The notes under the pieces: model-generated
Seen by the model: only the letters and a program-made list of their open reading frames with translations
Told to the model about the DNA's origin: nothing
Database searches by the model: none
In this document: positions 1 through 12,200 of the stretch, piece after piece
Position numbering within the stretch: position 1 is the stretch's first letter
Layout of the letters: each line of letters opens with the position of its first letter
Made by a program: the position numbers and the translations under genes
Assembly: GCA_002633005.1 (NCBI GenBank)
Contig: NMRA01000228.1
Span: forward strand, 561,272 to 625,271
Source: Phoronis australis
Taxonomy: Eukaryota > Animalia > Phoronida
Length of the DNA: 64,000 nucleotides
Direction of reading: 5' to 3'

Positions 1-224
1 GAGACAAGTGTCAAAATAATGACGATAAATGCATTTAACAAGTTAAATTTAATTTATCGTAATCTATTTTGCCCGGGGTACGCCACGAGCTATGTTGCAG
101 AGTAAAACAAGAGGAGGATTGCGAATATTGTCATTTATTATGACGTAATAGATAAAACTAACTAAGACTCTGCAAGATGGGCATGCAAAAAACGCCATAA
201 TGGCAGCACGGAATGCTGACATCA

Positions 225-2047
225 TGTTAACAACAAAAGATGACGACTTTTGGACGGATCTGACTACTGGTGTGCCCCCTAGTGGCAAGTTTAATTTTTT
301 TACGCTTAACTTTGTATCTTCAAAAGTCCTGAACGGATTTTCATGAAATTTGGTATGTAGGCACCTTTTAGTGAGATGACGCTATCCTCCCGTTTTCAGA
401 TAGATTTGACATAGTTTGCACCACCTAGTGGCCATTTTTACTGTTTTCGAGTCTGTTTTTGTGAATCCACCCCTCTATCAACCTAACCGCTCAAAGGATG
501 AGTGTGAAAATTGGCATGTATATGCTTACTATGTAGAGGACAGTTGACTATGATTTTCCGATGATTTCGACCACTGTGGTGCCTCCTAGTGGCAGTTTTT
601 TTGTGCCTATGGCTTTATCTCCTAAACCGTTCGTAGGATCTTTACGAAATTGTGTAAGTATATTTCTATGATGTTAACAATGGAAGATGACGACTTTGAC
701 GGATCCGACTACCGGTGTGCCCCTTAGTGCCAATTTTTATTTTTTTATGCTTATCTTTGTATCTTCAAAAGTCCTGAACGGATTTTCATGAAATTTACTA
801 TGTAGGCACCTATTAGTGAGATGACGCTATCCTACCGTTTTCAGATGGATTCGACATAGTTTGCGCCACCTAGTGGCCATTTTTTCTGTTTTCGAGTCTG
901 TATTTTTGCATCTACCCCTCTATCAACCAAACCACTCAAAGGATGATTGTGAAAATTGGCGTGTATGTGCTTACTATAAAGAAGACAGCTGACAATGATT
1001 TTCAGACGATTTGGACTACTGTGGCGCCTCCTAGTGGTAGTTTTGTTTTTTTTGCGCCTATGGCTGTATCTCCTAAACCGTTCGCAGGATCTTTACGAAA
1101 TTTGATAAGTGTATTTATTTTATATTATGTTAACAACAGACGATGACGACTTTTGGAGAGATCCGCCTACCAGTGTGCCCCTTAGTGGCAATTTTATTTT
1201 TTTACATTTACGTCTGTATCTTCACAAGTCCTTAACGGATTTTTATGAAATTTGGTATGTAGTCACCTATTAGTGCGATGACGCTGTCCTCCTATTTTCG
1301 GATGGACTCGACCTAGTTTGTGACACCCAGTGGCCATTTTTATATTTTTATTGTTTTTGAGTCTGTTTTTTGGCGTCTACCCCTCTATCAACCAAACCGT
1401 TATAAGTATGATTGCGAAAATTGGCATGTATGTTCTTACTATGAAGAGGACGGTTGACGCTGAATTTCCCATGACTTTGATTACTGTGGCGCCTCGTAGT
1501 GGCAGTTCTTTTTTGCGCCCATGGCTGTGTCTCCGAAACCGTTTGCAGGATCTTTTACTAAATTTAGCTAGTGTATAATTATGTGATGTTGACAACAGAC
1601 GATGACGACTTTAGGATGATTCTGACTACCGGTATGCCTCTAGTGGCAATTTTAGTATTTTACATTGACCTCTGTATTTTCATAGGTCTTCAGGTGTATA
1701 CTTTGTGTTCCTTCGTGACTATGAAGGAAGAGTTCCAAGTAGAAATTTGTTTCTGGCATTCTAATGCTGTGCTAATCTCGTATGTTGGGTAAATTTGTTT
1801 TTAATTCTATGTTTCTGTGGTGCTTTAAGCAACTGATGTATAGGATGTGCTTGTATTATGAAGATCACTCACATTTTGCCCCTAGCCTATTGAGGAGACA
1901 GTGACCATGCCTTTCCATTTTGCAAAGTACAACATACTACATATATGCCCTCTACTGGCCACTTTATGGTACCAATAAACAACCCTAGAAGGATACCGTA
2001 TACGGTGCAATTGTTGGCGCATTTCAACGCTCTGCGTTGCTCTTGTT
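225..2047 (+). mobile_element. HINE/Helentron-like family 1 copy with ~450-bp (3 x ~150-bp) central repeats
   Basis: Repeated units with a CC(A/C/T)CCTAGTGG core; 3' end GGCGCAT + stem-loop CAACGC-TCT-GCGTTG + CTCTTGTT. Confidence 0.7.
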
Positions 2048-5000
2048 CTTCTTATTCTTATTCTTCTTCCGACCAAGTTTGTGGCTTAATAACTCCAAAA
2101 TGGGTGCAGGTATGTTCTGTAAATTCCGCATGTGATTTTTGGCAGTACATAAATTTTGATTCGTTATATAATCATATTCCATATTGCACCGGAAGAGGTC
2201 ATTTGGTGCAAAGGTCCTGTAATTTTCAAAATGCTACTCCTTCTTCATTTTTAAATCTATTCTTTTCAAATTCGGTGTACAGGTATAAGTCAATAAGCCA
2301 ATTTAAAAAAAAAAATTTCTAAGTAATCGGGTCATCCAATAAGGTGAAATAGGTCAAAGGTCATTAGGTGCAAACTAAAATTTTGAGCTAGACACCATAA
2401 ATTGACAGGTCTGATTGGAACAGGTAATTCAATTTGGAATCCAAAGTTTCAGGTCATTTAGTGCAAACATGGGGTCATTAGGTGCATTTTTCTTCTGAAA
2501 CTTTGAGCTTTTCAATCAGCAAGTATTCTTATGTGTCAACCGTTAGACAACTGTGATTCTCAGCATTAAACACATTTTTCATGGGCTTTGCCATAATTCT
2601 CCTAAAGACGCTTATAATGCACCGGATAGGGTCAATTAGTGCAAAGGTCATGTTAAGTTCAAAATGTTATATCCCTTGCGTTTTTCAAGCAATTCTTTTC
2701 AGTTTCAGCACACTGGTTTAAGTCAACATGCCAATTGAATACCCTACTTTACTTTGCAATAGGTCTAGCCAATCAGAAAAAATAGGTCAAAGGTCATTGG
2801 GTGCAAACTAAAATTTTGAGCTAGAGACTTCAAAATTACGTATCTGTTTACTAAGTACGATTGAGTTTGAATTCTAAATTTTCAGGTCATTTGGTGCACC
2901 CATGGCGTCATTAGATGCATTTTTCTTCTGAAAGTTTGACTAATTCATTCATCTTGTATTCTGAAGTGCTTAAAGTAAAACATCTGTGATTTTTAGCATT
3001 AACCACACTTTTAATTGAGTTAACAATTACTCCCTCTTCGGGGCTCATAATGCACCGGAAGAGGTCAATTAGTGGAAAGGTCATCAAAAAATTAATATGT
3101 AATTTCTCCTACATTTTTAAAGAATTCCTTTTCATATTGGTAAACGGGTTGCTGTCAGTTACTTCCCATAATAATTCCAGTAATACGCATGCGCAGTCTG
3201 TTATTGTCACGCCGTGACTATAATCTTTCTAGTTCTTATTACGCTGCGCGTGTAATCGCAGAGTACTGTTGCTCCTGGGTTTTCTTCAATTTTATTCTTA
3301 TTCTTATTACTCTGCACGTGTAAGCGCAGAGTACTGTTGTTCCTGGGTTTTCTTCAATTTTATTCTTCTTATTCTTCTTATTACTCTGCGCGTGTAAGCG
3401 CAGAGTACTGTTGTTCCTGGGTTTTCTTCAATTTTATTCTTCTTATTCTTCTTATTCTTATTCTTCTTCCGACCAACTTTGAGGCTTAATAACTCCAAAT
3501 TGGGTGCAGGTACGGTCTTTAAAATCAGCATATGACTTTTGACAGTATATAAATTTTGATTGGTTATATAATCATATTCCATATTGCACCGGAAGAGGTC
3601 ATTTGGTGCAAAGGTCATATGATTTTCAAAATGCTACTCCTCCTTAAATTTTAAAGCTATCTTTTTCAAATTCGGTGCACAGGTATATGTCAACATGACA
3701 ATTTAAAAATAACTTTTCTAAGTAATCGGGTCATCCAATCAGGTGAAATAGGTCAAAGGTCATTAGGTGCAAACTAAAATTTTGAGCTAGACACTTCAAA
3801 TTGACAGGTCTGATTGCCACAGGTAAATCAAATCAGAATCCAAAGTTTCAGGTCATTTAGTGCAAACATGGGGTCATTAGATGCATTTTTCTTCTGAAAA
3901 CTTGACCTTTTCAATCAGCGAGTATTCTGATGTGTCAACCGTTAGACAACTGTGATTCTCAGCGTTAACCATATTTTCCATGGGCTTTGCAATAATTCTC
4001 CTTAAGACGCTTATAATGCACCGGATAGGGTCAATTAGTGCAAAGGTCATGTAACGTTCATAATGTTATATCTCTTATGTTTTTCGAGGAATTCTTTTCA
4101 ATTTCAGCACACTGGTGTAAGTCAATATCCCAATTGAATACCCTAGTTTACTTTGCAATAGACCTAACCAATCAGAAAAAAATAGGTCAAAGGTCATTGA
4201 GTGCAAACTAAAATTTTGAGCTAGAGACTTCAAAATTACATATCTTTTTACTAAGTGCGATTGAGTTTGAATTCTAAATTTTCAGGTCATTCGGTGCACC
4301 CATGGGGTCATTAGGTGCATTTTTCTTCTGAAAGTTTGACCAATTCATTTATCTTGTATTCTGAAGTGCTTAAAGTAAAACATCTGTGATTTTTAGCATT
4401 AACCACACTTTAAATCGAGTTTACAAATATTCTCTAATCTTGGCTCACAATGCACCGGAAGAGGTCAGTTAGTGGAAAGGTCATCAAAATATTAACATTA
4501 ATTTCTCCTACAATTTTAACGAATTAATTTTCATATTGGTAAAGGGGTTGGTGTCAGTAACTTCAAATAACAATTCCAGTAATACTCACACGCAGAGTCC
4601 ATTATTCTCACGAAGTGACAATAATCCTTCTAGTTACTCTGCGCGTGTAAGCGCAGAGTACTGTTGTTCCTGGGTTTTCAATTTTATTCTTCTTATTCTT
4701 CTTATTCTTATTCTTCTTCCGACCAACTTTGAGGCTTAATAACTCCAAATTGGGTGGAGGTACGGTCTTTAAATTCAGCATATGACTTTTGACAGTATAA
4801 ATTTTGATTGGTTAAATAATCATATTCCACATTGCACCGGAAGAGGTCGTTTGGTGCAAAGGTCATATAATTTTCAAAATGCTACTCCTTCAGTTTTAAA
4901 GGTATCTTTTTCAAATTCGGTGCACAGGTATAAGTCAACATGACAATTTAAAAAATTACTTTTCTAAGTAAACGGGTCATCCAATCAGGTGAAATAGGTC

Positions 5001-5449
5001 AAAGGTCATTAGGTGCAAACTAAAATTTTGAGCTAGAGACTTCAGAATTACGTATCTGTTTACTAAGTGCGATTGAGTTTGAATTCTAAGTTTTCAGGTC
5101 ATTTGGTGCACCCATGGGATCATTAGGTGCGTTTTTCTTCTGAAAGTTTGACCAATTCATTCATTCATCTTGTATTCTGAAGTGCTTAAAGTAAAACATC
5201 TGTTATTATTAGCATTAACCACACTTTTAATCGAGTTAACAGTTACTCCCTCATCGGGGCTCATAATGCACCGGAAGAGGTCAATTAGTGGAAAGGTCAT
5301 CAAAAAATTAATATGTAATTTCTCCTACAATTTTAAAGAATTCCTTTTATATTGGTAAACGGGTTGCTGTCAGTAACTTCTTATAATAATTCCAGTAATA
5401 CGCACGCGCAGAGTCCGTTATTGTCACGCCGTGACAATAATCTTTCTAG
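2048..5449 (+). mobile_element. three head-to-tail HINE/DINE-1-like family 2 copies (~2048-3232, ~3236-4633, ~4636-5449)
   Basis: 5' hairpin ACTCTGCGCGTGTAAGCGCAGAGT, (TTCTTA)n tract, ~433-bp internal repeats, 3' subTIR CACGCGCAGAGT, stem-loop TTATTGTCAC-GCC-GTGACAATAA, then CTAG and a T-run. Confidence 0.85.
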
Positions 5450-6164
5450 TTTTGACTATAATCATGCAAAAATTTATTTCAGTTGAATTTTACGATACAA
5501 TAAAATATTTCTATCACACAAACCTATTTATTTGTAGGACAATACATCTTTTTTGTCATTGGTCATCCCAGGCCCTGTCACTTAAAATTCTAAAGCTTTC
5601 TCCTCNTAAATCGAAAATCCACCTAAAGTAGGGGGTGGGCGGTTAACTGAGCATGGGCGTTAACCCGAACGATTACGGTAGTTATTTTTTAGAATAACTG
5701 GGCCCAAGTTACTTTTGATAACATACTAACACACCGACTAGTCGCATCAGTTGCAGTTATCTTGCATTCCGCATTCCGGGACTTAATACTCGTAAGGATT
5801 CATAAATTGTGCTGAAGCGTCTCAAAATTCAGGTTGCACGACTTTATTTGCATGGACCTAGAGATAATCTATGTTGGTCAACAAATTGGCAATTTTCATC
5901 TTTTGCCTTCATAGCTAGACATGCATAACACACATGTTAAGAAACATGCGATTGGTTTGTAATGGCTAGTTATATTCTTTTGGTAATAAACTTAGACGAG
6001 TTAGTAATTGTTAACCGTAATTAATTGTATTTGCAAAACAACTGAGATTTGATTTGCAGACTTTGTTGCCAGGTTTAGGTATGCTGGTCGGGCGTTTTGG
6101 TAGACAAGTGTCACCTGTGACGTATCTTGAAACAGTTGAAAAATTTGAAACATCTTATTTGTAG

Positions 6165-6285
6165 GCTCTTCTCCAGGACCACCTAATTCCCAACAATGAA
6201 GCAACTGAAAGCCAAGTCTTCTACTACAAAATGAAAGGCGATTACTACCGTTACATCAGCGAAGTAAAGGCTGGCAGCGAAGAAA
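6165..6285 (+). CDS. 14-3-3: 14-3-3 exon (helices 4-5)
   Basis: tttgtag|GCT...GAAA|gtaat; [40 protein letters not shown]; 121 nt, ends phase 1. Confidence 0.93.
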
Positions 6286-9200
6286 GTAATGTGCTCATTC
6301 TTCTTGTCTTGACCCAAGTTGGTCCTGGAATTTAAGAAATCATTTTATGCGCCCTCATATACATATAATTATGTGAGTGCATATTGCTGTACTCTCTGTC
6401 TCGACATCCACTGCTGTGCCTCATAAAGCTCTGGCAGGATCTTAAGTAGATTTGGCAAATGTGTTCCTAGGACGACAGACGGCAAAGATATTCTGACCGA
6501 TCCGAATACTGCTCTTCCCCCTAGTGCCCATGGGTTTCTATTAAGAGACGATGTCACCTTCTGTTGGGAAAATTTTTATGTGTTCATACTGAGAAGATCA
6601 TGGCTGGTAAAGATTTTTGGACAATTTTGACTGCTGCAGCATACCCCAGTTTCAGATATGCTTTTTTTTTGCTTCCGCAACTATGTCTCCTAAGCCAGTG
6701 CGGGATCTTTGTGAAATTTGGCAAGTGCATTTCTTTGAGGGTGACAACAGATGACTGCAACTTTAAGACATTATCTGACTACCGCTGTGCCTCTTAGTGT
6801 AAGTTGTGGTATTTTTTATGACCTCAGAAAGTGTTCCTTTTGAGGAGAGCATTGCTGACTTGAGATGCTCGCGTTGGGCACATGTCAATGCTCCCCATTG
6901 CTCTTGCTATTATTTGTGAGTGTAATTTTTGTCGCCTATCTCTGTATCTGCCAAGTCACTCAGAGGATCATCAGGAATATTAGCAGATGTCTTCTCACTG
7001 ACAAGAGCATGACTCGCATTGATTTTTGGATGGTTCTAACTATTGAAATGCCTCCTCTTGGCATTTTTTGCATCCTTGACTTTTCTTCTAAGCCCGTTAA
7101 TTTAATGACCAATTGGTGGATCCAGTTGCAGCCCTGCCTGCTTGTGGAATTTGATTTTTTACTACATTTGCTTCTGTGTTTTTTAGTTCCTCAACATAGT
7201 TTCGTGGAATGTAGCCAATAGTTTTCTATGGTTATACTTCCAATTTTCTGACAGGTTCTCTGTATTCTGTGCCATATAGTGGTCATTTTATGATACTAAT
7301 TATTGCCTCAAGAGACATACTGTACTGTTTGTGGTGCTGTTGTGGGCGCACTCCAAGGCTTCTCGTTGTGCTTGTCATTGTGGACACACTTTTAAATGAA
7401 TGGCTCCCAAAACTTGGGACCTGACTCGTATCAGGGCTTGGAATTTTACTCCTTGAAAAGGATTTCCTTTTTTTGGTTTCAATTTCCTCTTATTTGATTT
7501 CTAATTTCCTCCTTTTTCGTCTCTTTTTTACCTTTATTTTGACTATAATCATGCAAAAATTTATTTCAGTTAAATTTTACGATACAAAAAATATTTCTAT
7601 CACACAAACCTATTTGTAGGACAATACATCTTTTTTGTCATTGGTCATCCCAGGCCCTGTCACTTAAAATTCTAAAGCTTTCTCCTCGAAACATTTCCAG
7701 TGGTCACTTTCTGGACACTTTCTCAAGTTTGATTGTCCAGTGTGAATCTTGGACTGCTGAAGGAGGGGTCTTTCCATGGGAAAAATAAATAAGAAGATGA
7801 AATTGAGTTGGGAGAGATGGACCCATTTATCACTAAGTGTTCTCCTGTGCTTTTCTCAGGGTCATTATAGTTGAGTTATCACATTGTGTTAAACGCTATG
7901 CCATAACGCTACTAATGGTGTACACCCCGATGGAAAACCAGAAAATTATATGAATACTGTCAATCTCAATATGGCATGAAAAATATCACGGGTAAGATGC
8001 CCACTTCTAAGTCTGATTGGATTTCTGTGTTTGACCGGTTGTCCCGATGGCTCAGTGGCTAGAGCGTCTGCACGGTAAGCAGTAGGTCCTTTGTTTGAGT
8101 CCAGGTCGGGACAGAAATCTTTTCGGACTTATATTCATTAGGTCATGTGATGTGGCCAATAGATGGCATGCAGACACGAGTTAAATGTTTGCAATAGAAA
8201 ATTACATGTTTAGTACAATGCTCAGTTGGCATATGTTTTGAAAACAATATATTTTAGTGCAAAGTCATCAATGCCTTTATGAAAACCCACAGACACATGT
8301 TTTGAAAAGTTGTTTTTCTCTTGTATAATGTTTTTTGCTCCTTGAGCACTTGTTTGTAATTTTCAATGAAGGATGACATTAGCTGCTGGCAAGACTGTAG
8401 TTCTGTGTGATTCACATGGTACACATTTTGTAACATTTGCATATCTTCCATTTGTGCAAACTAAATGTTGTATACCTTTTAGTTGTAAACTCTGCCAAGA
8501 CAGCGTATGAAGAAGCCTCGAAACAAGCTCAAGAGCTAAAGCCAACTCATCCTATTAGACTGGGTCTGGCACTCAACATGTCTGTGTTCTTCTATGAAAT
8601 TCTAAATAATCCAGAGGAGGCTTGTGCTCTAGCGAAGAAGGTATGAACTTTTACACTGTATTTCTTTGCATTCACGTGGGTGCAATTGCTGCCCGCTGCT
8701 GTATCTGGCAAGATCTTATGAGATTAGGTAGATGTGGTCTGAAAACAGAGGATGACAAATTTCAATCTTGAAAATGCTGTAAGAATTTTCATTTTAAATG
8801 CCTAGGTTTTGAGTAACATGAGGTAGACGGATATGACTGCTATTTTTTACTGAAATACCTAACATTTTATGAGCTAATTTAGCTAAGCTGCTTACAAACC
8901 AAACTAAATGAATTATTGAAAATTCCTTAGTGTGATTTTGAAGTCAATTCCGACATGTTCATGAAACAAGGTTTCATGAAAATTAACTGAGGGGTTATTT
9001 CGCTTTCTTGAAAATAAAATTTTGACTTAAGGATATCTCCAGCCTTATTCACAAATATTGACCATTTTTACAATATTTCAACACCTTGGAACTGCACATC
9101 CGCGTGGATATTTGTTTACTACTTATCCAAGGTCAAAGGTTAAAGGAGAATGTCACCCGATTTAATTAGTCATTTTTTAACCGTCTTCATCTGTCTATAT

Positions 9201-12200
9201 CCACATCGCCTCTCATACGGTCGACCTCACCTTGCCGAGAGGTGTCGCATTAACCTGTGAGGAAGGTGAGAAACAACGCAGCGACGTCAATGGTTCGTCT
9301 GCAGAGTGAATGCCGCTATATTGCGGTGCATCGTTGTTTTTTGGGTGGCATTCTCCTTTAAAGGGCTTGCAATAAAATCGAATCTCCCGCCAGGTACGGA
9401 ACAGCTTTGTATACCCTCAGTCCTTTCATTCACAAAGTCATCATAACATTGAGCCAACGAGGTGGAAAGCAAAGACAAAACGTAGTTTTGATCCTAAGGG
9501 AGTTGTGCGTCTACATGCATACGACCGTTGCATTGAAAACAAATGCTACGAGTCGCCTCAGGCCCCTGTGGTCATGAACACAAAAAGTTGTGAAAAGAGA
9601 TAAATCCTCACCCTAATTCCTTAATTCAATTAATAAGTTGACATTTCGATGTTTCGATCTCATGCTAACGATATACTTTAACCACAGATTTGATTTTTGT
9701 TATCCATTTCTTACTTGGTTTTGTATCAGTCTCCCAGCACGTGATGTGTACAGGCTGTGTATATCAATGAACTGTGACCTACTTTAATAGAAAGTAAGCG
9801 TAAACAACTTACAGTAAAAGTTGGCTGGGAACAATGCGTCTATTTGAGGTTTTAATAATTAAGTTAGTTACGTACTGCAAAATCAGTTGACATTTCGAGT
9901 GAACGTTGAAATAGCTAACATAGTTAAGAATTGTATAGGTTCTGTGTACCGAAAACAAGTTTTCACTGAATAATTAACCGAAAACTCTGAGATTTTCACT
10001 CGTCACAGTTTAATTGGCTTTTTCTCGGCTTCAGCAAATTGACTTTATTTGAACTTAGGAACACTAGTTCTTGAAAACGGCTTGGTGGATTTCGCTGAAA
10101 CTTTCCAAAGTTAATATTTAGTCATCAATCGCAAAAACGCTGTTTGTATTTTCAATATAAAGGCCTAGTTTTTGCGTAATGTGATAAGACGAATATGACT
10201 TCAATTTTTTACAAAAACACCTTACGTTTTGCGAGTTGATTTGTCATAGAAACCAAACGAACAGACTAATCCAAAATTCCTAACTGTGTTTTTTGAGGTA
10301 ACTGGTGAAGTTTGCATTTAAAAAAGGTTTCATTCAATTCGAAGGATTGGTTATTTTGCTCTGTGTGTACCTTTCTTAAAAATGAAATTTTGACTTAAAA
10401 AAGGTTTTTACGTAAAAATAATAATGGAACATAAATACAAACAGTATATTTATATTTCCTGGTCTTTGTTCTTTCAGAAAATATATACTTTTACTAGTTG
10501 ACAAAGCTTAGTTTCTTTATATACGAGTTAGAATGGAGGCCACTAAATAAGGTTGGAGATAACCTTAAAATGGTGGTAACGTAATAATAGTAATCATCGG
10601 TTTAGCATATATATAAAACGCATTTTTATAGTCCCAGATCTGCATTCTTTCTGAAAACATATACTTTTATTAGTTGGCATGGCCTGATTAGAATGGAGAT
10701 CACTAAATAAGGTTTGAGATGACAAAACCTTCCTGTTTTTGTACGGATTTGATTCTGCACCACCTTTGTATTGATTTCCTTTTTTGCGCTTTCCACTTTA
10801 GCCAACATTGATGTTCTTACGGTTTGGAAACTTTGGTGCCTCAAGTGTCATTTATTGTTTATTTTTGTGTCTACGGCTGTATTTCCTGAAAGCTTTGCAG
10901 GATCTTCATGAAATTAAGTGGATGTATTCCTATGGAGCTGACAACAGGGCTGAGTTGCATAAAGCTTCAAAAGTTATCCGCTGGATAAGTTTGATTGTTG
11001 CACGACGTCAAGTGCATTGTTCCAACAATAACAACGTGACGTGTGATAATGCGACTTCATTATTGCTTTACGGCATATAACTTTTATGCAACTGGGCCCC
11101 TCTGTCAACAAAACTACTTTAAGGATGATTGTGGAAATTGGCATGTATGTTTGTAACGTAAAGAGGAAGTCTGACGATGTTTTTTCGACGACTTTATCTT
11201 CTCTGGCACCTCTTAGGGGCACTTGTTTTTTCTGCGCTTATAGCCTCTTAGTGGCAATTTCATTTTTTCGTTTTCCTCTGTTTTCTCAGAAGTTCTGTTA
11301 CGGATTTTTATGAAATTTTGTAAATAGGTTTGATGACACATACGAGTTTTTGGATGGATTCGACATATTTTGCGCCATCTAGTTGCCATTTTTATGTTCC
11401 AAATAAGTACCCCTAGAAGCACACCATTAGCGGTGCATTCATGGCCGCATTTCAACGCTCTGCGTTGCTCTTGTCATGAAATTTAGGAAACTGTTTTCTA
11501 TCGGAAGACCATGTTTGAACAGATCCGACGCATTCTGCACCATCTAATGTTCATTTTCATGCACCTGCATATTTATATGTGGACACATTATGCCAGCGTC
11601 CCTGTCCGTCTGGCGTCCGGCCGTCCTTTGACATATGTTCATAAAGTTTTGCACATGTGTTCCTTTCATGGATGGTACGGAATGAGCGAACTTTCGAACG
11701 GGTCTGACTACCGGTGTGCCCCCTAGTGGCAATTTTAGTTTTTTAGATTGACCTCTGTATCTTCAAAGGTCCTCAACGGATTTTCATATAGGCATCTATT
11801 TGTGAGATGAAGCTATCCTCCGGTTTTCGCATGGATTGTAGGTATTTTGCGCCACCTAGTCGCCATTTTTAGTGTTTTCGAGTCCCTCTGTTAAGCAAAC
11901 CACTCTAAGGGTGATTGTTGAAATTAGCATGTTCGTTCTTACTATGAAGAAGACAACTGACAATGATTTTCCGACGACTTCGACTACTGTAGTGCCTCCT
12001 AGTGGCAGTTTTGTTTTTTGCACCCATGGCTGTATCTCCAAAACACTCTGTAGGATCTTTACTAAATTTAAGAAGTGTATTTGTATGAAGTTGACAACAG
12101 GCGACGACAACTTCCAGATGGTTCCGACTACCAGTGTTCCCCGTAGTGGCAATTTTAGTTTTTTACATATGCATCAGAGCTCTGTATCTTCAAAGGTCCT

